A DNA stretch of 64,000 nucleotides from an uncultured Clostridia bacterium (lineage in GTDB: Bacteria > Bacillota > Clostridia > Christensenellales > Borkfalkiaceae). The notes beneath the pieces were generated by a model. That model did no database searches and was not told where the DNA came from. It saw only the letters and a program-made list of their open reading frames with translations. Shown one piece after another: positions 30,145 to 40,635 of the stretch (position 1 is its first letter; the number at the start of each line of letters is the position of its first letter). The translations under genes and the position numbers were made by a program. The stretch lies in NCBI GenBank assembly GCA_947623655.1, contig CANQHG010000007.1, positions 20,390 through 84,389 on the forward strand, in the 5' to 3' direction.

Positions 30145-31401
30145 ATGGATAAATATATCATAGACGGGGGGCGGAGACTTTTCGGCAGTGTGAATGTGCA
30201 ATCCGCGAAGAATGCCGTTCTGCCGCTCTTTGCGGCGTCTGTGTTGACCGATAAACAAGTGACAATACGCGAAACCCCGCCGATCGCCGACGCATTCTGT
30301 ATGGCGCAGATATTGAAAGAACTCGGGGCGAGCGTAAGTTTTGCGGACGGCGACGTCGTTATCGATAGTTCGAACGCCCATAGCCACGTCATTTCTTCGG
30401 CGCTCACAAAAGAACTCCGCTCGTCGGTTTTTATGCTCGGTTCGTTGCTTTCGCGCTTCCGCCGCGCCGTTATCGCCTATCCGGGCGGCTGCGACATCGG
30501 ACTTCGGCCGATCGACCTGCATCTGAACGCCTTAAAGCGTCTCGGCGTTAAAATTTCGGAACGGGACGGATACATATATTGCGAATGTGAAAAACTTGTC
30601 GGCGCAGAGATTGTTCTCGACTTTCCCAGCGTCGGTGCGACGGAAAATATCATGCTCGCGGGCGTGAAAGCGGAAGGGAGAACGGTGCTTGCGGGCGCCG
30701 CAAAGGAGCCGGAGATCGTAGATCTTCAAAATTTTTTGAACGGCATGGGGGCGAAAGTGCGAGGCGCCGGCACCGACGTCATCGAGATCGATGGAGTCGG
30801 CTCCCTCGGCGGAATCACCTATAGACCCGTGAAAGACCGCATAGAAGCGGGGACTTTCCTCATTGCCTGCGCGCTCTGCGGCGGCGAAGTGGAAGTTGTG
30901 GGCGTCACACCCGATAATTTAGGCATGCTTCTTCACAAATTGCGTGAAAACGGTTGCAAAATACATACAAAAAATGATAAAATAAGATTGTCGAGTTACG
31001 GCAGACTCAAATGTAACCGCCGCATCGAGACCATGCCTTTTCCGGGCTTTCCAACCGATCTTCAGGCGCAGATCACAGCGCTCAACGCCGTATGCGAGGG
31101 CGGTGCGCTCATTGTGGAAAATCTTTTCGAGACCCGCTTCAAATATGTGCCCGAACTCCAGAAAATGGGCGCGGATATCGAAGTAAGGGGAAGAAATGCG
31201 TTTGTCCGCGGGGTGAACGGCTTGCACGGCGCGGCCGTTACGGCGGGGGATCTGCGCGGGGGCGCGGCACTCGTTCTTGCGGCACTCGGCGCCGAAGGCA
31301 TTTCGGAGGTTTTGGATCTCTCGCATATCGACAGAGGCTATTCTGACCTCGAGGGGAAGTTCAGATCGCTCGGGGCGGAGATCAAAAGGGTCCGCATCTG
31401 A
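30145..31401 (+). CDS. murA: UDP-N-acetylglucosamine 1-carboxyvinyltransferase
   Basis: GSVNVQSAKNAVLP, GGCDIGLRPIDLH and FPGFPTDLQAQ. Confidence 0.94.
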   Translation: MDKYIIDGGRRLFGSVNVQSAKNAVLPLFAASVLTDKQVTIRETPPIADAFCMAQILKELGASVSFADGDVVIDSSNAHSHVISSALTKELRSSVFMLGSLLSRFRRAVIAYPGGCDIGLRPIDLHLNALKRLGVKISERDGYIYCECEKLVGAEIVLDFPSVGATENIMLAGVKAEGRTVLAGAAKEPEIVDLQNFLNGMGAKVRGAGTDVIEIDGVGSLGGITYRPVKDRIEAGTFLIACALCGGEVEVVGVTPDNLGMLLHKLRENGCKIHTKNDKIRLSSYGRLKCNRRIETMPFPGFPTDLQAQITALNAVCEGGALIVENLFETRFKYVPELQKMGADIEVRGRNAFVRGVNGLHGAAVTAGDLRGGAALVLAALGAEGISEVLDLSHIDRGYSDLEGKFRSLGAEIKRVRI

Positions 31402-31430
31402 CCCAATTCGGAGACACATCGGAGATACAT

Positions 31431-32207
31431 ATGAAAGCAAGAGTGCTGATTACGACTATCGTATCCTTTCTTTTGCTCTGCGCGGTCGTTGCGGCGGGGC
31501 TCAACGCCGTTTTTACGGTCAATGCCGTAAAAGCGCAGTTTTCGGTGACGTCCGAAGACGGTGAAAGAGAGGCGTCGGAATTGAAGCAAAAGCTCGATGG
31601 ATACATCGGATCGAGCACGATTTTTCTCGACGAGGAGGAAGTCCGCGCCCTCATTGCCTCCTATCCTTGCATGAAAGCGGAAAAGGTCGAAAAGCACTAT
31701 CCGTCTACAATCGAAGTATGCGTGACCGAGCGCAAAGAGGCTTTTGCCGTTCTTACCGAGCACGGCTATGCAGTTTTTTCAGACGATGGGACGTATCTAT
31801 ATAATAAGGATAACTTAACAAATCGCATGGGCGGAGAGAATATTCTTCTGAACGGTTTTTCGTTCTCCATGGAGCAAGGAGAGAGACTTGAAGAGAAGAA
31901 ATTTTCGGATGTTCTCGAAGTCTACGGCGTCTTTACAGAGCTTTTGAAAGAGGCGCGCGCGAATGTCGTCTCCATTACTTACAACCCGGGACTTGTGTTC
32001 GATACGTTTGTGATCGGCATGAAAGAGGGGGTGAGGATCGAGATCGTGTCGCCCGATGAACTTGCTGCGGAAAAAACGCGGGCGGCGCTTTCGGACGAAA
32101 AGTACGGTTATCTTGTGAGAACGGACGGCGAACGGCTTTGCGGGTGCATCACTGCGGTCGCGGCCGACGGAAATATTTTGGTCGATTACGACATCGCGCG
32201 TAATTGA
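31431..32207 (+). CDS. FtsQ/DivIB-like cell division protein
   Basis: Single N-terminal TM helix then a POTRA-like segment (YPSTIEVCVTERKEAF). Positioned before ftsA. Confidence 0.65.
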   Translation: MKARVLITTIVSFLLLCAVVAAGLNAVFTVNAVKAQFSVTSEDGEREASELKQKLDGYIGSSTIFLDEEEVRALIASYPCMKAEKVEKHYPSTIEVCVTERKEAFAVLTEHGYAVFSDDGTYLYNKDNLTNRMGGENILLNGFSFSMEQGERLEEKKFSDVLEVYGVFTELLKEARANVVSITYNPGLVFDTFVIGMKEGVRIEIVSPDELAAEKTRAALSDEKYGYLVRTDGERLCGCITAVAADGNILVDYDIARN

Positions 32208-32280
32208 CAGATCGAGCGGAAACAAGCGTCCTTTCGGGGGCGCTTTTTTTGTTTTATGTGTGAAATAACAGTTCAACTTC

Positions 32281-32310
32281 TTGACAACAATATAAGACAT
32301 GTGTTATAAT
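32281..32310 (+). promoter_or_regulatory. Internal promoter upstream of ftsA-ftsZ
   Basis: TTGACA (32281-32286), 18 nt spacer, TGtTATAAT (32302-32310). Confidence 0.5.
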
Positions 32311-32347
32311 ATTTCCATAAATCCAACTGCGGAAAAAAGGACGGAAC

Positions 32348-33490
32348 ATGAGTCGCAAAAGCGTAGCTGTCATGGACATTCGCTCCTCCGAGATCACAGT
32401 CGTCGTGGGAGAAAGGGGCGTCAATAACACCTTTGTATTCAGGGCGATCAAAACAGTGGAATACGGGGGATATAACGGCGGAGTTTTTTTCAGTGAAAAA
32501 GAACTTTCCGATACGGTATCTTCCGCCTTGCGCGAAGTCGAAAAAGTGTGCGGGGAAAAGATCCGAAATCTCTATGTGGGGGTGCCGGGTGAATTCCTCG
32601 AAGTCAGACTTTCGGAACCCGTGACGGGGTTTTCCAAACGGAAAAGAATTTCCGATAAGGACATCGCCGCCTTGTACGACAGCGGAAAAGAGAATGTTCT
32701 TGGCATGAATTTTCTTCGTGCCGGAAGCGCCGTTTTTACAACGGCGGACAAGCGCAGAGTGATAGATCCCGTCGGTATATTGTCAACTTCACTTAAGGGT
32801 ATTGTCTCATATTGTTATTGCAGCGCTTATTTTTCGGAGACCGTGGAAAAGATTTTTTCGGGCACGGGCATACAGCTTACATATCTTCCTTCCATGCTGG
32901 CAATGGCCTGTTATCTCATTCCGTCGGAGACGCGCGACGAATATGCTTTTCTTCTCGATGTGGGGAACTTCTCTTCGACGGTCATGCTCATACAGGGCAA
33001 TGCGATCCTCGCCCAGTCGACGGCTCCCGTCGGGCGTGCGCAGATCCTGAAGCAGCTTATAGACGCTTTTTCTCTTCCGTACGACGCGGCGACCGCGCTT
33101 CTCGGCAAAACAAATCTTTACACGCGGAGCAACGCGGGCACATTTGAGTTCACGAGCAGAAATATTTCCTATGAAGTGGATCTCGATCGGCTTGTGGAAG
33201 CAGTGAAAGACGGGCTCGACGCCGTATGTGAAATGGTCGGCGAATTTATGGAGAATATGCACGGACGCGAGCTCGATTATAAGCCGCTCTATGTCACGGG
33301 GGAGGGCATCTCCGATATCAGAGGGGCGCTCGAGCATGTCAGCAAGCGTGTAGACCGCGTTTGCGAGTACATAGCGCCCGATCTTCCCTATTACGACAAA
33401 CCATCAATGAGTTCATACATCTCCCTTGTCGATATGGCATGTACCGACAAACGCAAAGGCGGATTTTTCAATCATTTATTCGGAGGCTGA
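32348..33490 (+). CDS. ftsA: Cell division protein FtsA (short, divergent)
   Basis: Actin-like fold starting VAVMDIRSSEITVVVGE. Positioned immediately upstream of ftsZ. Confidence 0.8.
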   Translation: MSRKSVAVMDIRSSEITVVVGERGVNNTFVFRAIKTVEYGGYNGGVFFSEKELSDTVSSALREVEKVCGEKIRNLYVGVPGEFLEVRLSEPVTGFSKRKRISDKDIAALYDSGKENVLGMNFLRAGSAVFTTADKRRVIDPVGILSTSLKGIVSYCYCSAYFSETVEKIFSGTGIQLTYLPSMLAMACYLIPSETRDEYAFLLDVGNFSSTVMLIQGNAILAQSTAPVGRAQILKQLIDAFSLPYDAATALLGKTNLYTRSNAGTFEFTSRNISYEVDLDRLVEAVKDGLDAVCEMVGEFMENMHGRELDYKPLYVTGEGISDIRGALEHVSKRVDRVCEYIAPDLPYYDKPSMSSYISLVDMACTDKRKGGFFNHLFGG

Positions 33491-33492
33491 GA

Positions 33493-34815
33493 ATGTTTAC
33501 TGATTCCTATCGATCGAACGAAACTACGAACGATTATACCGACTTTATCGAAAAAAACGAAAGAGCGGAGGAACCCGCCCGCATAGACGGAAAAGCAAAG
33601 ATCAAGGTGATCGGCGTGGGCGGCGCGGGAAATAACGCCGTCAATCGCATGATCGAAGCAAATATCAAGAGCGCGGAGTATATTGCAGTGAATACCGACG
33701 CGCAGATTCTTGCTTGCAGCAAAGCGCCTACCCGCATACAGATCGGGCGGACGCTCACCAAAGGTCTCGGAGCAGGAGCCGATCCCGAAACGGGGCGTGC
33801 CGCCGCGGAAGAGGATAAGGATCAGCTTATTAAAGCTATCGAAGATACTGATCTTCTGTTCATTACGGCCGGTATGGGAGGCGGAACGGGCACGGGTGCC
33901 GCGCCTGTCATTGCAAAACTTGCGCGTGACAGGAGGATCTTGACGGTCGCTGTCGTTACAGAACCTTTCTCCTTTGAGGGAAAGCATAGAATGGACAACG
34001 CAAGAAAGGGGATCGAAGAGATCAAGAAGCATGTCGATACCATCGTCATTATTCCCAACGATAAGATTCTCGAGATCGTGCCCAAGAATAGTTCTTTCCC
34101 CGAAGCGCTCCGCGTTGCAGACGACGTGCTCAAGCACGGGATCCGCGGCATTGCGGATATTATCGTCACGCCCTCCATTATCAATCTCGACTTTGCGGAT
34201 GTGAAGACGATTTTGAAAGATAAGGGCCTCGCGCACATGGGCGTCGGCGTGGCGAAGGGAGAGAATCGTATCGTCACGGCCGTCCGCCTTGCCGTTAATT
34301 CGCCGCTTCTTGAAACTACGATCGAAGGGGCGACCGCGGTTCTCATCAATATCACGGGCGGTAACGACCTCACGCTCGATGAGACGCAGACAGCCGTCAG
34401 CCTTGTGCAGAGCGTGGTCGATTATTCCGCCAACATCATCTTCGGCACCTGTATCGATGAAAACATGCAGGACGAAGTGCAGGTCACGGTGATCGCTACG
34501 GGGTTCCAATCCAAAGAGAGCGTACATAATGCCTTTGCGGAGGCAGCTCTTCGCCGCGATGAGCCCATCGCGAATCCTGTGTTTGCGGAAAGACCTCGCG
34601 CCGAATCGCGTCCCGCCGCGCAAGAACCAGAAAAAGTTGTACCTGCCCCTGCTCCCGCGCCCGCCGCAGAACCCGTGCCGTCAAAGACCGTAGATACAGT
34701 CAGCGCAACTGTGTTGCCGGCCGGCGAGCGTTCGCACAGCGATTTTTCGGAAGAAGAGCGTAGCGATATGCCGCAATTTTTACAGCATCTTCTCGGCAGA
34801 AAGAAGTCGCAGTGA
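33493..34815 (+). CDS. ftsZ: Cell division GTPase FtsZ
   Basis: IKVIGVGGAGNNAVNRM, GLGAGADPE and GMGGGTGTGAAPV. ATG at 33493 follows GGAGG. The upstream ORF part overlaps ftsA. Confidence 0.95.
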   Translation: MFTDSYRSNETTNDYTDFIEKNERAEEPARIDGKAKIKVIGVGGAGNNAVNRMIEANIKSAEYIAVNTDAQILACSKAPTRIQIGRTLTKGLGAGADPETGRAAAEEDKDQLIKAIEDTDLLFITAGMGGGTGTGAAPVIAKLARDRRILTVAVVTEPFSFEGKHRMDNARKGIEEIKKHVDTIVIIPNDKILEIVPKNSSFPEALRVADDVLKHGIRGIADIIVTPSIINLDFADVKTILKDKGLAHMGVGVAKGENRIVTAVRLAVNSPLLETTIEGATAVLINITGGNDLTLDETQTAVSLVQSVVDYSANIIFGTCIDENMQDEVQVTVIATGFQSKESVHNAFAEAALRRDEPIANPVFAERPRAESRPAAQEPEKVVPAPAPAPAAEPVPSKTVDTVSATVLPAGERSHSDFSEEERSDMPQFLQHLLGRKKSQ

Positions 34816-34838
34816 ATTCATAAATAATAAACACACAT

Positions 34839-34866
34839 AAAAATCCGCCTGAGAGGCGGATTTTTG
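34839..34866 (+). terminator. ftsZ terminator
   Basis: AAAAATCCGCCTGAGAGGCGGATTTTT. Confidence 0.75.
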
Positions 34867-34868
34867 CA

Positions 34869-34900
34869 TAAAAAAGAGAGCCTTCCGGCTCTCTGATTTT
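34869..34900 (-). terminator. groEL terminator
   Basis: The minus strand reads AGAGAGCCGGAAGGCTCTCT followed by a T-run, directly after the groEL stop. Confidence 0.7.
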
Positions 34901-36541
<1,641 letters not shown>

Positions 36542-36585
36542 TTATAGATTGGATTTTTGGTTATGAGATGACGGTCTGAGAGGGC

Positions 36586-36870
36586 TTACTCCACGATCGC
36601 CAGGATATCGCTCTGTTTGATGATGGTGAATTCCTTACCGTCGACCTTAAAATCAGAGCCTGCATACTTGGAGCAGAGGACTTTATCGCCGACTTTCACC
36701 TGCATTACGGTCTCTTTGCCGTCCACGATCCCGCCGGGACCCACGGCAACGACGACGCACGTCTGCGGTTTTTCCTGTGCGGAAGAGGGAAGAATAAATC
36801 CGCTCTTTGTCTTTTCCTCGACTGTGACCGCTTCCACGACCACTTTGTCGAACAATGGTTTGATATTCAT
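36586..36870 (-). CDS. groES: Co-chaperonin GroES
   Basis: MNIKPLFDKVVV and YAGSDFKVDGKEF. 94 aa. Confidence 0.96.
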   Translation of the reverse strand: MNIKPLFDKVVVEAVTVEEKTKSGFILPSSAQEKPQTCVVVAVGPGGIVDGKETVMQVKVGDKVLCSKYAGSDFKVDGKEFTIIKQSDILAIVE

Positions 36871-36921
36871 TGAAAACCTCCTGTTGAGCCCGATTTGACG
36901 GGATCTTTATTTTCTGTCTCT

Positions 36922-36949
36922 ATTATAAACCTCTGTGACACAATGTCAA
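36922..36949 (-). promoter_or_regulatory. groESL promoter (no CIRCE seen)
   Basis: The minus strand reads TTGACA, 16 nt spacer, TATAAT, about 50 nt upstream of the groES ATG. Confidence 0.55.
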
Positions 36950-36999
36950 ACAGGATAGGAAAAATTTTCCCTGTTTTTTTGGCAAAAAAAGGGGAATGA

Positions 37000-37028
37000 T
37001 TGACATGGACCGTTTTCAATGCTATAAT
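37000..37028 (+). promoter_or_regulatory. Promoter placing +1 at or next to the dCMP deaminase ATG (leaderless candidate)
   Basis: TTGACA (37000-37005), 17 nt spacer, TATAAT (37023-37028). ATG at 37035 is 6 nt after the -10 box, with no SD sequence. Confidence 0.5.
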
Positions 37029-37034
37029 AGTGGC

Positions 37035-37478
37035 ATGGATAAGTGGGATAAAAGATTTATGAAACTCACCGAAGAGGTGGGGACTTGGGCAAGTTGCTTC
37101 CGCCGTAAAGTCGGGGCAGTCATTGTGCGAGATAACCGCGTGATGACGACGGGTTACAACGGAGCGCCGATGGGCATTCGGTCATGTATGGAAAAGGGCG
37201 AATGTCTGCGCGAGAAAATGAATATCGAGAGCGGAACACATCAGGAGCTATGCTTCGCCGCGCATGCGGAGCAAAACGCGATCATTCAAGCGGCGCGGTA
37301 CGGCATCAATATCGACGGATCTACGCTCTATTGTACGCACCAGCCTTGCGTTATTTGCGCCAAAATGATCATCAATGCCGGAATCAGACGGGTCGTCTAC
37401 AAAGAGGGATATCCCGATGAATTTTCCATGCAGCTCTTTCACGAAGCGGGCACGGATATAGAAAAATTTGAGGAGTAA
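37035..37478 (+). CDS. Deoxycytidylate (dCMP) deaminase, ComEB family
   Basis: Zinc motifs HAEQNAI and PCVICAKMI. The start at MDKWDKRFM matches the usual family N-terminus. Confidence 0.85.
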   Translation: MDKWDKRFMKLTEEVGTWASCFRRKVGAVIVRDNRVMTTGYNGAPMGIRSCMEKGECLREKMNIESGTHQELCFAAHAEQNAIIQAARYGINIDGSTLYCTHQPCVICAKMIINAGIRRVVYKEGYPDEFSMQLFHEAGTDIEKFEE

Positions 37479-37479
37479 T

Positions 37480-38001
37480 ATGGCAAAAAATCCTATTGTA
37501 ACGTTTGAAATGGCAAACGGGAAAATTTTTAAGGCAGAACTTTATCCCGAGATCGCTCCGAATACCGTGTATAACTTTCTTTCGCTCGTCCAAAAGGGCT
37601 TTTATAACGGTGTGATCTTCCATCGCGTCATCAAGGGCTTTATGATACAGGGCGGAGATCCGCTTGGCCTCGGCACAGGCGGGCCCGGATATCGCATCAA
37701 AGGGGAATTTCTTGCGAACGGGTTTAATAATACATTGAAGCACGAAAGAGGAGTTCTCTCCATGGCGAGGGCGCAGAATTTTGATTCGGCGGGTTCTCAA
37801 TTCTTTATCATGCACGCCGAAGCCGACTACCTCGATGGGCAGTATGCGGCGTTCGGCAAGATCGTCGAGGGCATGGAGGTTGTCGACGAGATCGCGTCCG
37901 CCCGCGTAGACTATCGCGATAAGCCGCTCACCGAACAGAAGATGCAAAAAGTGACGGCCGATACATTCGGCGTCGCCTATCCCGACCCGATAAAAGCATA
38001 A
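37480..38001 (+). CDS. ppiB: Peptidyl-prolyl cis-trans isomerase (cyclophilin type)
   Basis: FHRVIKGFMIQGGDP and GSQFFI. ATG follows GAGGAG. Confidence 0.92.
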   Translation: MAKNPIVTFEMANGKIFKAELYPEIAPNTVYNFLSLVQKGFYNGVIFHRVIKGFMIQGGDPLGLGTGGPGYRIKGEFLANGFNNTLKHERGVLSMARAQNFDSAGSQFFIMHAEADYLDGQYAAFGKIVEGMEVVDEIASARVDYRDKPLTEQKMQKVTADTFGVAYPDPIKA

Positions 38002-38013
38002 TAACGTATCGGA

Positions 38014-38038
38014 GCATAGTACTATGTCAGACAGAATA
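38014..38038 (+). repeat. Dispersed palindromic motif, copy C (GCATAGTACTATGTCAGACAGAATA), overlapping the purB start codon
   Basis: 25 nt with 1 mismatch to copy A. The motif ATG (38024) is the purB ATG. Confidence 0.88.
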
Positions 38039-39460
38039 CTGTATGAAAGCCCCTTGAGCACACGTTACGCGAGCAAAGAGATGCTGGAAAATTTCGGAGA
38101 CGAAAAGCGGTTCCGTCTTTGGAGAAAGTTATGGATCGCGCTAGCGGAAAGCGAGAGAGAACTCGGGCTCCCGATCACGCAGGCGCAGATCGATGAACTT
38201 AAAGCCCACGCCGACGATATCGACTACGAGAAAGCGGACGCATACGAACGCTCTGTGCGGCACGATGTCATGGCGCATGTCAAGGCGTACGGCGACGCCG
38301 CACCGTCGGCAAAGGGGATCATTCATCTCGGCGCAACAAGCTGTTTTGTGGATTGCAATGCCGAGCTCATCGTTTTGCGCGACGGGCTCGACATTCTTTT
38401 GAAAAAACTCGTCAACGTGATGGATAAACTCACGTCGTTTGCTCTGCGGTATAAAGACCTCCCGACGCTCGGATTTACGCACTTGCAGCCCGCCCAACTC
38501 ACTACGGTAGGCAAAAGGGCGACTCTGTGGCTTCAGGATCTGTTGCTCGACTATGAAAACCTTATTTCGCTCTATACACACTTCCGTTTGCGGGGCGTTA
38601 AGGGCACTACGGGTACGCAGGCAAGTTTTCTCGATTTGTTCGACGGCGACGAGTGGAAAGTCAAAGAACTTGAAAAACGGGTTTGCGCGAAGCTCGGCTT
38701 TGAACGGGTCTATGGCGTGACGGGACAAACTTATCCGAGGAAGTTCGACTATAATGTGCTGTGCGTTCTCTCGCAGATTGCACAGAGCGCGTATAAATTC
38801 AGCAACGACATCAGACTCTTGCAGAGCATGAAGGAGATCGAAGAACCTTTTGAAAAAGCGCAGATCGGTTCTTCGGCAATGCCCTATAAACGTAATCCGA
38901 TGCGGTGCGAACGTATGGGGGGTCTTTGCCGCTATATGCTCACGCTTCCCATGAACAGCGCCTTTACGTCGTCCACACAGTGGTTCGAACGCACCCTTGA
39001 CGACTCGGCAAACCGCCGCATCGTCAATGCGCAAGCTTTTCTTACTGTTGACGCAGTTCTCGAAATATATATGAACGTTGCGGACGACCTTGTTGTTCAT
39101 GAAAAAGTCATCGAAAAACATGTAGCGGAGGAACTTCCGTTCATGGCGACCGAGAACATCATCATGGAATGCGTGAAAGCGGGGGGCGACAGGCAGCAAC
39201 TACACGAGCGGATCCGCGTACTTTCTCAGGAAGCGGGCGCGCGTATCAAGGATGAGGGCGCAGACAACGACTTGTTAGAGGAAATCGCAAAGGATGAGTT
39301 GTTCGAGGCCGTGAAAGACAGGATCGGTGAGATCGTCGATGCGAAAAAATTTATCGGAAGAGCGCCGAAGCAGACGGAGGAATTCGTCGGAAAAGAGATT
39401 GCTCCCATTCTCGAAAGACACAAAAATTTGCTTGGCGCAAAGGGAAACGTCAAGGTTTGA
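38024..39460 (+). CDS. purB: Adenylosuccinate lyase
   Basis: SPLSTRYASKEM N-terminus, GSSAMPYKRNP signature, 478 aa. Confidence 0.94.
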   Translation: MSDRILYESPLSTRYASKEMLENFGDEKRFRLWRKLWIALAESERELGLPITQAQIDELKAHADDIDYEKADAYERSVRHDVMAHVKAYGDAAPSAKGIIHLGATSCFVDCNAELIVLRDGLDILLKKLVNVMDKLTSFALRYKDLPTLGFTHLQPAQLTTVGKRATLWLQDLLLDYENLISLYTHFRLRGVKGTTGTQASFLDLFDGDEWKVKELEKRVCAKLGFERVYGVTGQTYPRKFDYNVLCVLSQIAQSAYKFSNDIRLLQSMKEIEEPFEKAQIGSSAMPYKRNPMRCERMGGLCRYMLTLPMNSAFTSSTQWFERTLDDSANRRIVNAQAFLTVDAVLEIYMNVADDLVVHEKVIEKHVAEELPFMATENIIMECVKAGGDRQQLHERIRVLSQEAGARIKDEGADNDLLEEIAKDELFEAVKDRIGEIVDAKKFIGRAPKQTEEFVGKEIAPILERHKNLLGAKGNVKV

Positions 39461-39469
39461 GGTTAAATT

Positions 39470-40483
39470 ATGACGGTTTTGGTAACAGGCGGAGCCGGGT
39501 TTATCGGCTCACATACAGTCGTTGAACTTCTGAATGCGGGCTATGATGTTGTTGTTATCGATAACTTGTGCAATTCCAATCGTGAAGTGCTCGACCGTAT
39601 TAAGAAAATCACGGGCAGAGACGTCTATTTCTATGAGAACGACGTTCGGGATCGTGCGGCGCTTGAACTCATTTTTACGGCGTTCGATATCGAATGGGTC
39701 ATCCATTTCGCGGGTCTGAAAGCTGTGGGCGAGAGCGTGCAAAAGCCCATGGAATATTACGACAATAATTTGGTTTCCACACTCGTCCTCGCGGAGACTA
39801 TGCAGAAATTCGGCGTCAAAAAAATAGTTTTCTCTTCTTCTGCGACCGTTTATGGCGACCCGAGCGAGCTTCCGCTCCGCGAAACAAGCGCCATGAACCC
39901 CACGACCAATCCTTACGGAGCGACGAAAGTCATGCAGGAGAACATCTTAAAGGACATTTATACCTCCGATCATGAATGGACCGTGGCGCTTCTGCGTTAC
40001 TTTAATCCCGTGGGCGCCCATGAGAGCGGGCTCATAGGTGAAGACCCTAAGGGTATTCCGAACAATCTTATGCCTTATGTGGCGCAGGTCGCGAGCGGAA
40101 AGCTTAAGGAAATAGGCGTGTTCGGGAACGACTATCCCACGCACGATGGCACGGGCGTCAGAGACTATATCCACGTCGTCGATCTGGCCAAAGGACATCT
40201 GGCGGCAATCGAGAAGATAAATGCGGCCGGCGTTTATGTCTATAATCTCGGCACGGGGAACGGATACAGCGTGCTCGACATGATCAAGGCGTTCTCAAAG
40301 GCATGCGGAAAAGAGCTGCCTTATGTAATCAAACCGAGAAGGGCGGGGGACATCGCAACTTGTTATGCATCAGCGGAGAAAGCGGAAAAAGAGCTCGGAT
40401 GGCATGCGGCGTACGATCTCGAGAAGATGTGCGCGGACCAATGGAATTGGCAGAAGAAGAATCCAAACGGCTATAATTGTTGA
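39470..40483 (+). CDS. galE: UDP-glucose 4-epimerase
   Basis: VTGGAGFIGSH, YGATK (YxxxK) and the typical 337-aa length. Confidence 0.94.
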   Translation: MTVLVTGGAGFIGSHTVVELLNAGYDVVVIDNLCNSNREVLDRIKKITGRDVYFYENDVRDRAALELIFTAFDIEWVIHFAGLKAVGESVQKPMEYYDNNLVSTLVLAETMQKFGVKKIVFSSSATVYGDPSELPLRETSAMNPTTNPYGATKVMQENILKDIYTSDHEWTVALLRYFNPVGAHESGLIGEDPKGIPNNLMPYVAQVASGKLKEIGVFGNDYPTHDGTGVRDYIHVVDLAKGHLAAIEKINAAGVYVYNLGTGNGYSVLDMIKAFSKACGKELPYVIKPRRAGDIATCYASAEKAEKELGWHAAYDLEKMCADQWNWQKKNPNGYNC

Positions 40484-40491
40484 TTTTTTAA

Positions 40492-40521
40492 ATTTTGCAT
40501 AGTACTATGCGTGACATAATA
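40492..40521 (+). repeat. Dispersed palindromic motif, copy D (ATTTTGCATAGTACTATGCGTGACATAATA)
   Basis: 30 nt with 1 mismatch to copy E. Lies between the galE stop (40483) and its terminator. Confidence 0.9.
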
Positions 40522-40531
40522 TTTGTAAAAG

Positions 40532-40555
40532 AACGGCATTTTGCCGTTTTTTTTC
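40532..40555 (+). terminator. galE terminator
   Basis: ACGGCA-TTT-TGCCGT followed by T8. Confidence 0.7.
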
Positions 40556-40635
40556 ATTATTTGCGCATATTACTTGGTATGGAATACAAAAAAATTTGTG
40601 TGGAGGTATCGGCGCGTTTTCCCGCGGGAGGGGGC

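Noticed and set aside
33472-34623. 383-aa ORF antisense to ftsZ
   Set aside because: It is a shadow ORF opposite ftsZ. The same reasoning applies to 8384-9157, 15134-16150, 17558-18529, 38141-39199, 53738-54580, 54608-55537, 56376-57095, 59741-60418, 60677-61465 and 61493-62248.
36930-36950. Palindrome TGACA-CAA-TGTCA upstream of groES as an operator related to the dispersed motif
   Set aside because: It is explained by the -35 hexamer TTGACA on the minus strand plus chance complementarity. It shares no extended identity with the motif.
40492-40521. The motif as a chromosomal dif (Xer) site, because ATATTATGTCA on the reverse strand loosely resembles a XerD arm
   Set aside because: dif is single-copy per replicon, whereas there are at least five copies here, several of them inside ORFs. 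The similarity to dif arms is weak.
40495-40635. N-terminal extension (MHSTMRDIIFVKERHFAVFF...) of the small ORF after galE
   Set aside because: This part contains motif copy D and the galE rho-independent terminator. A much better SD (GGGAGGGGG) precedes the ATG at 40636.
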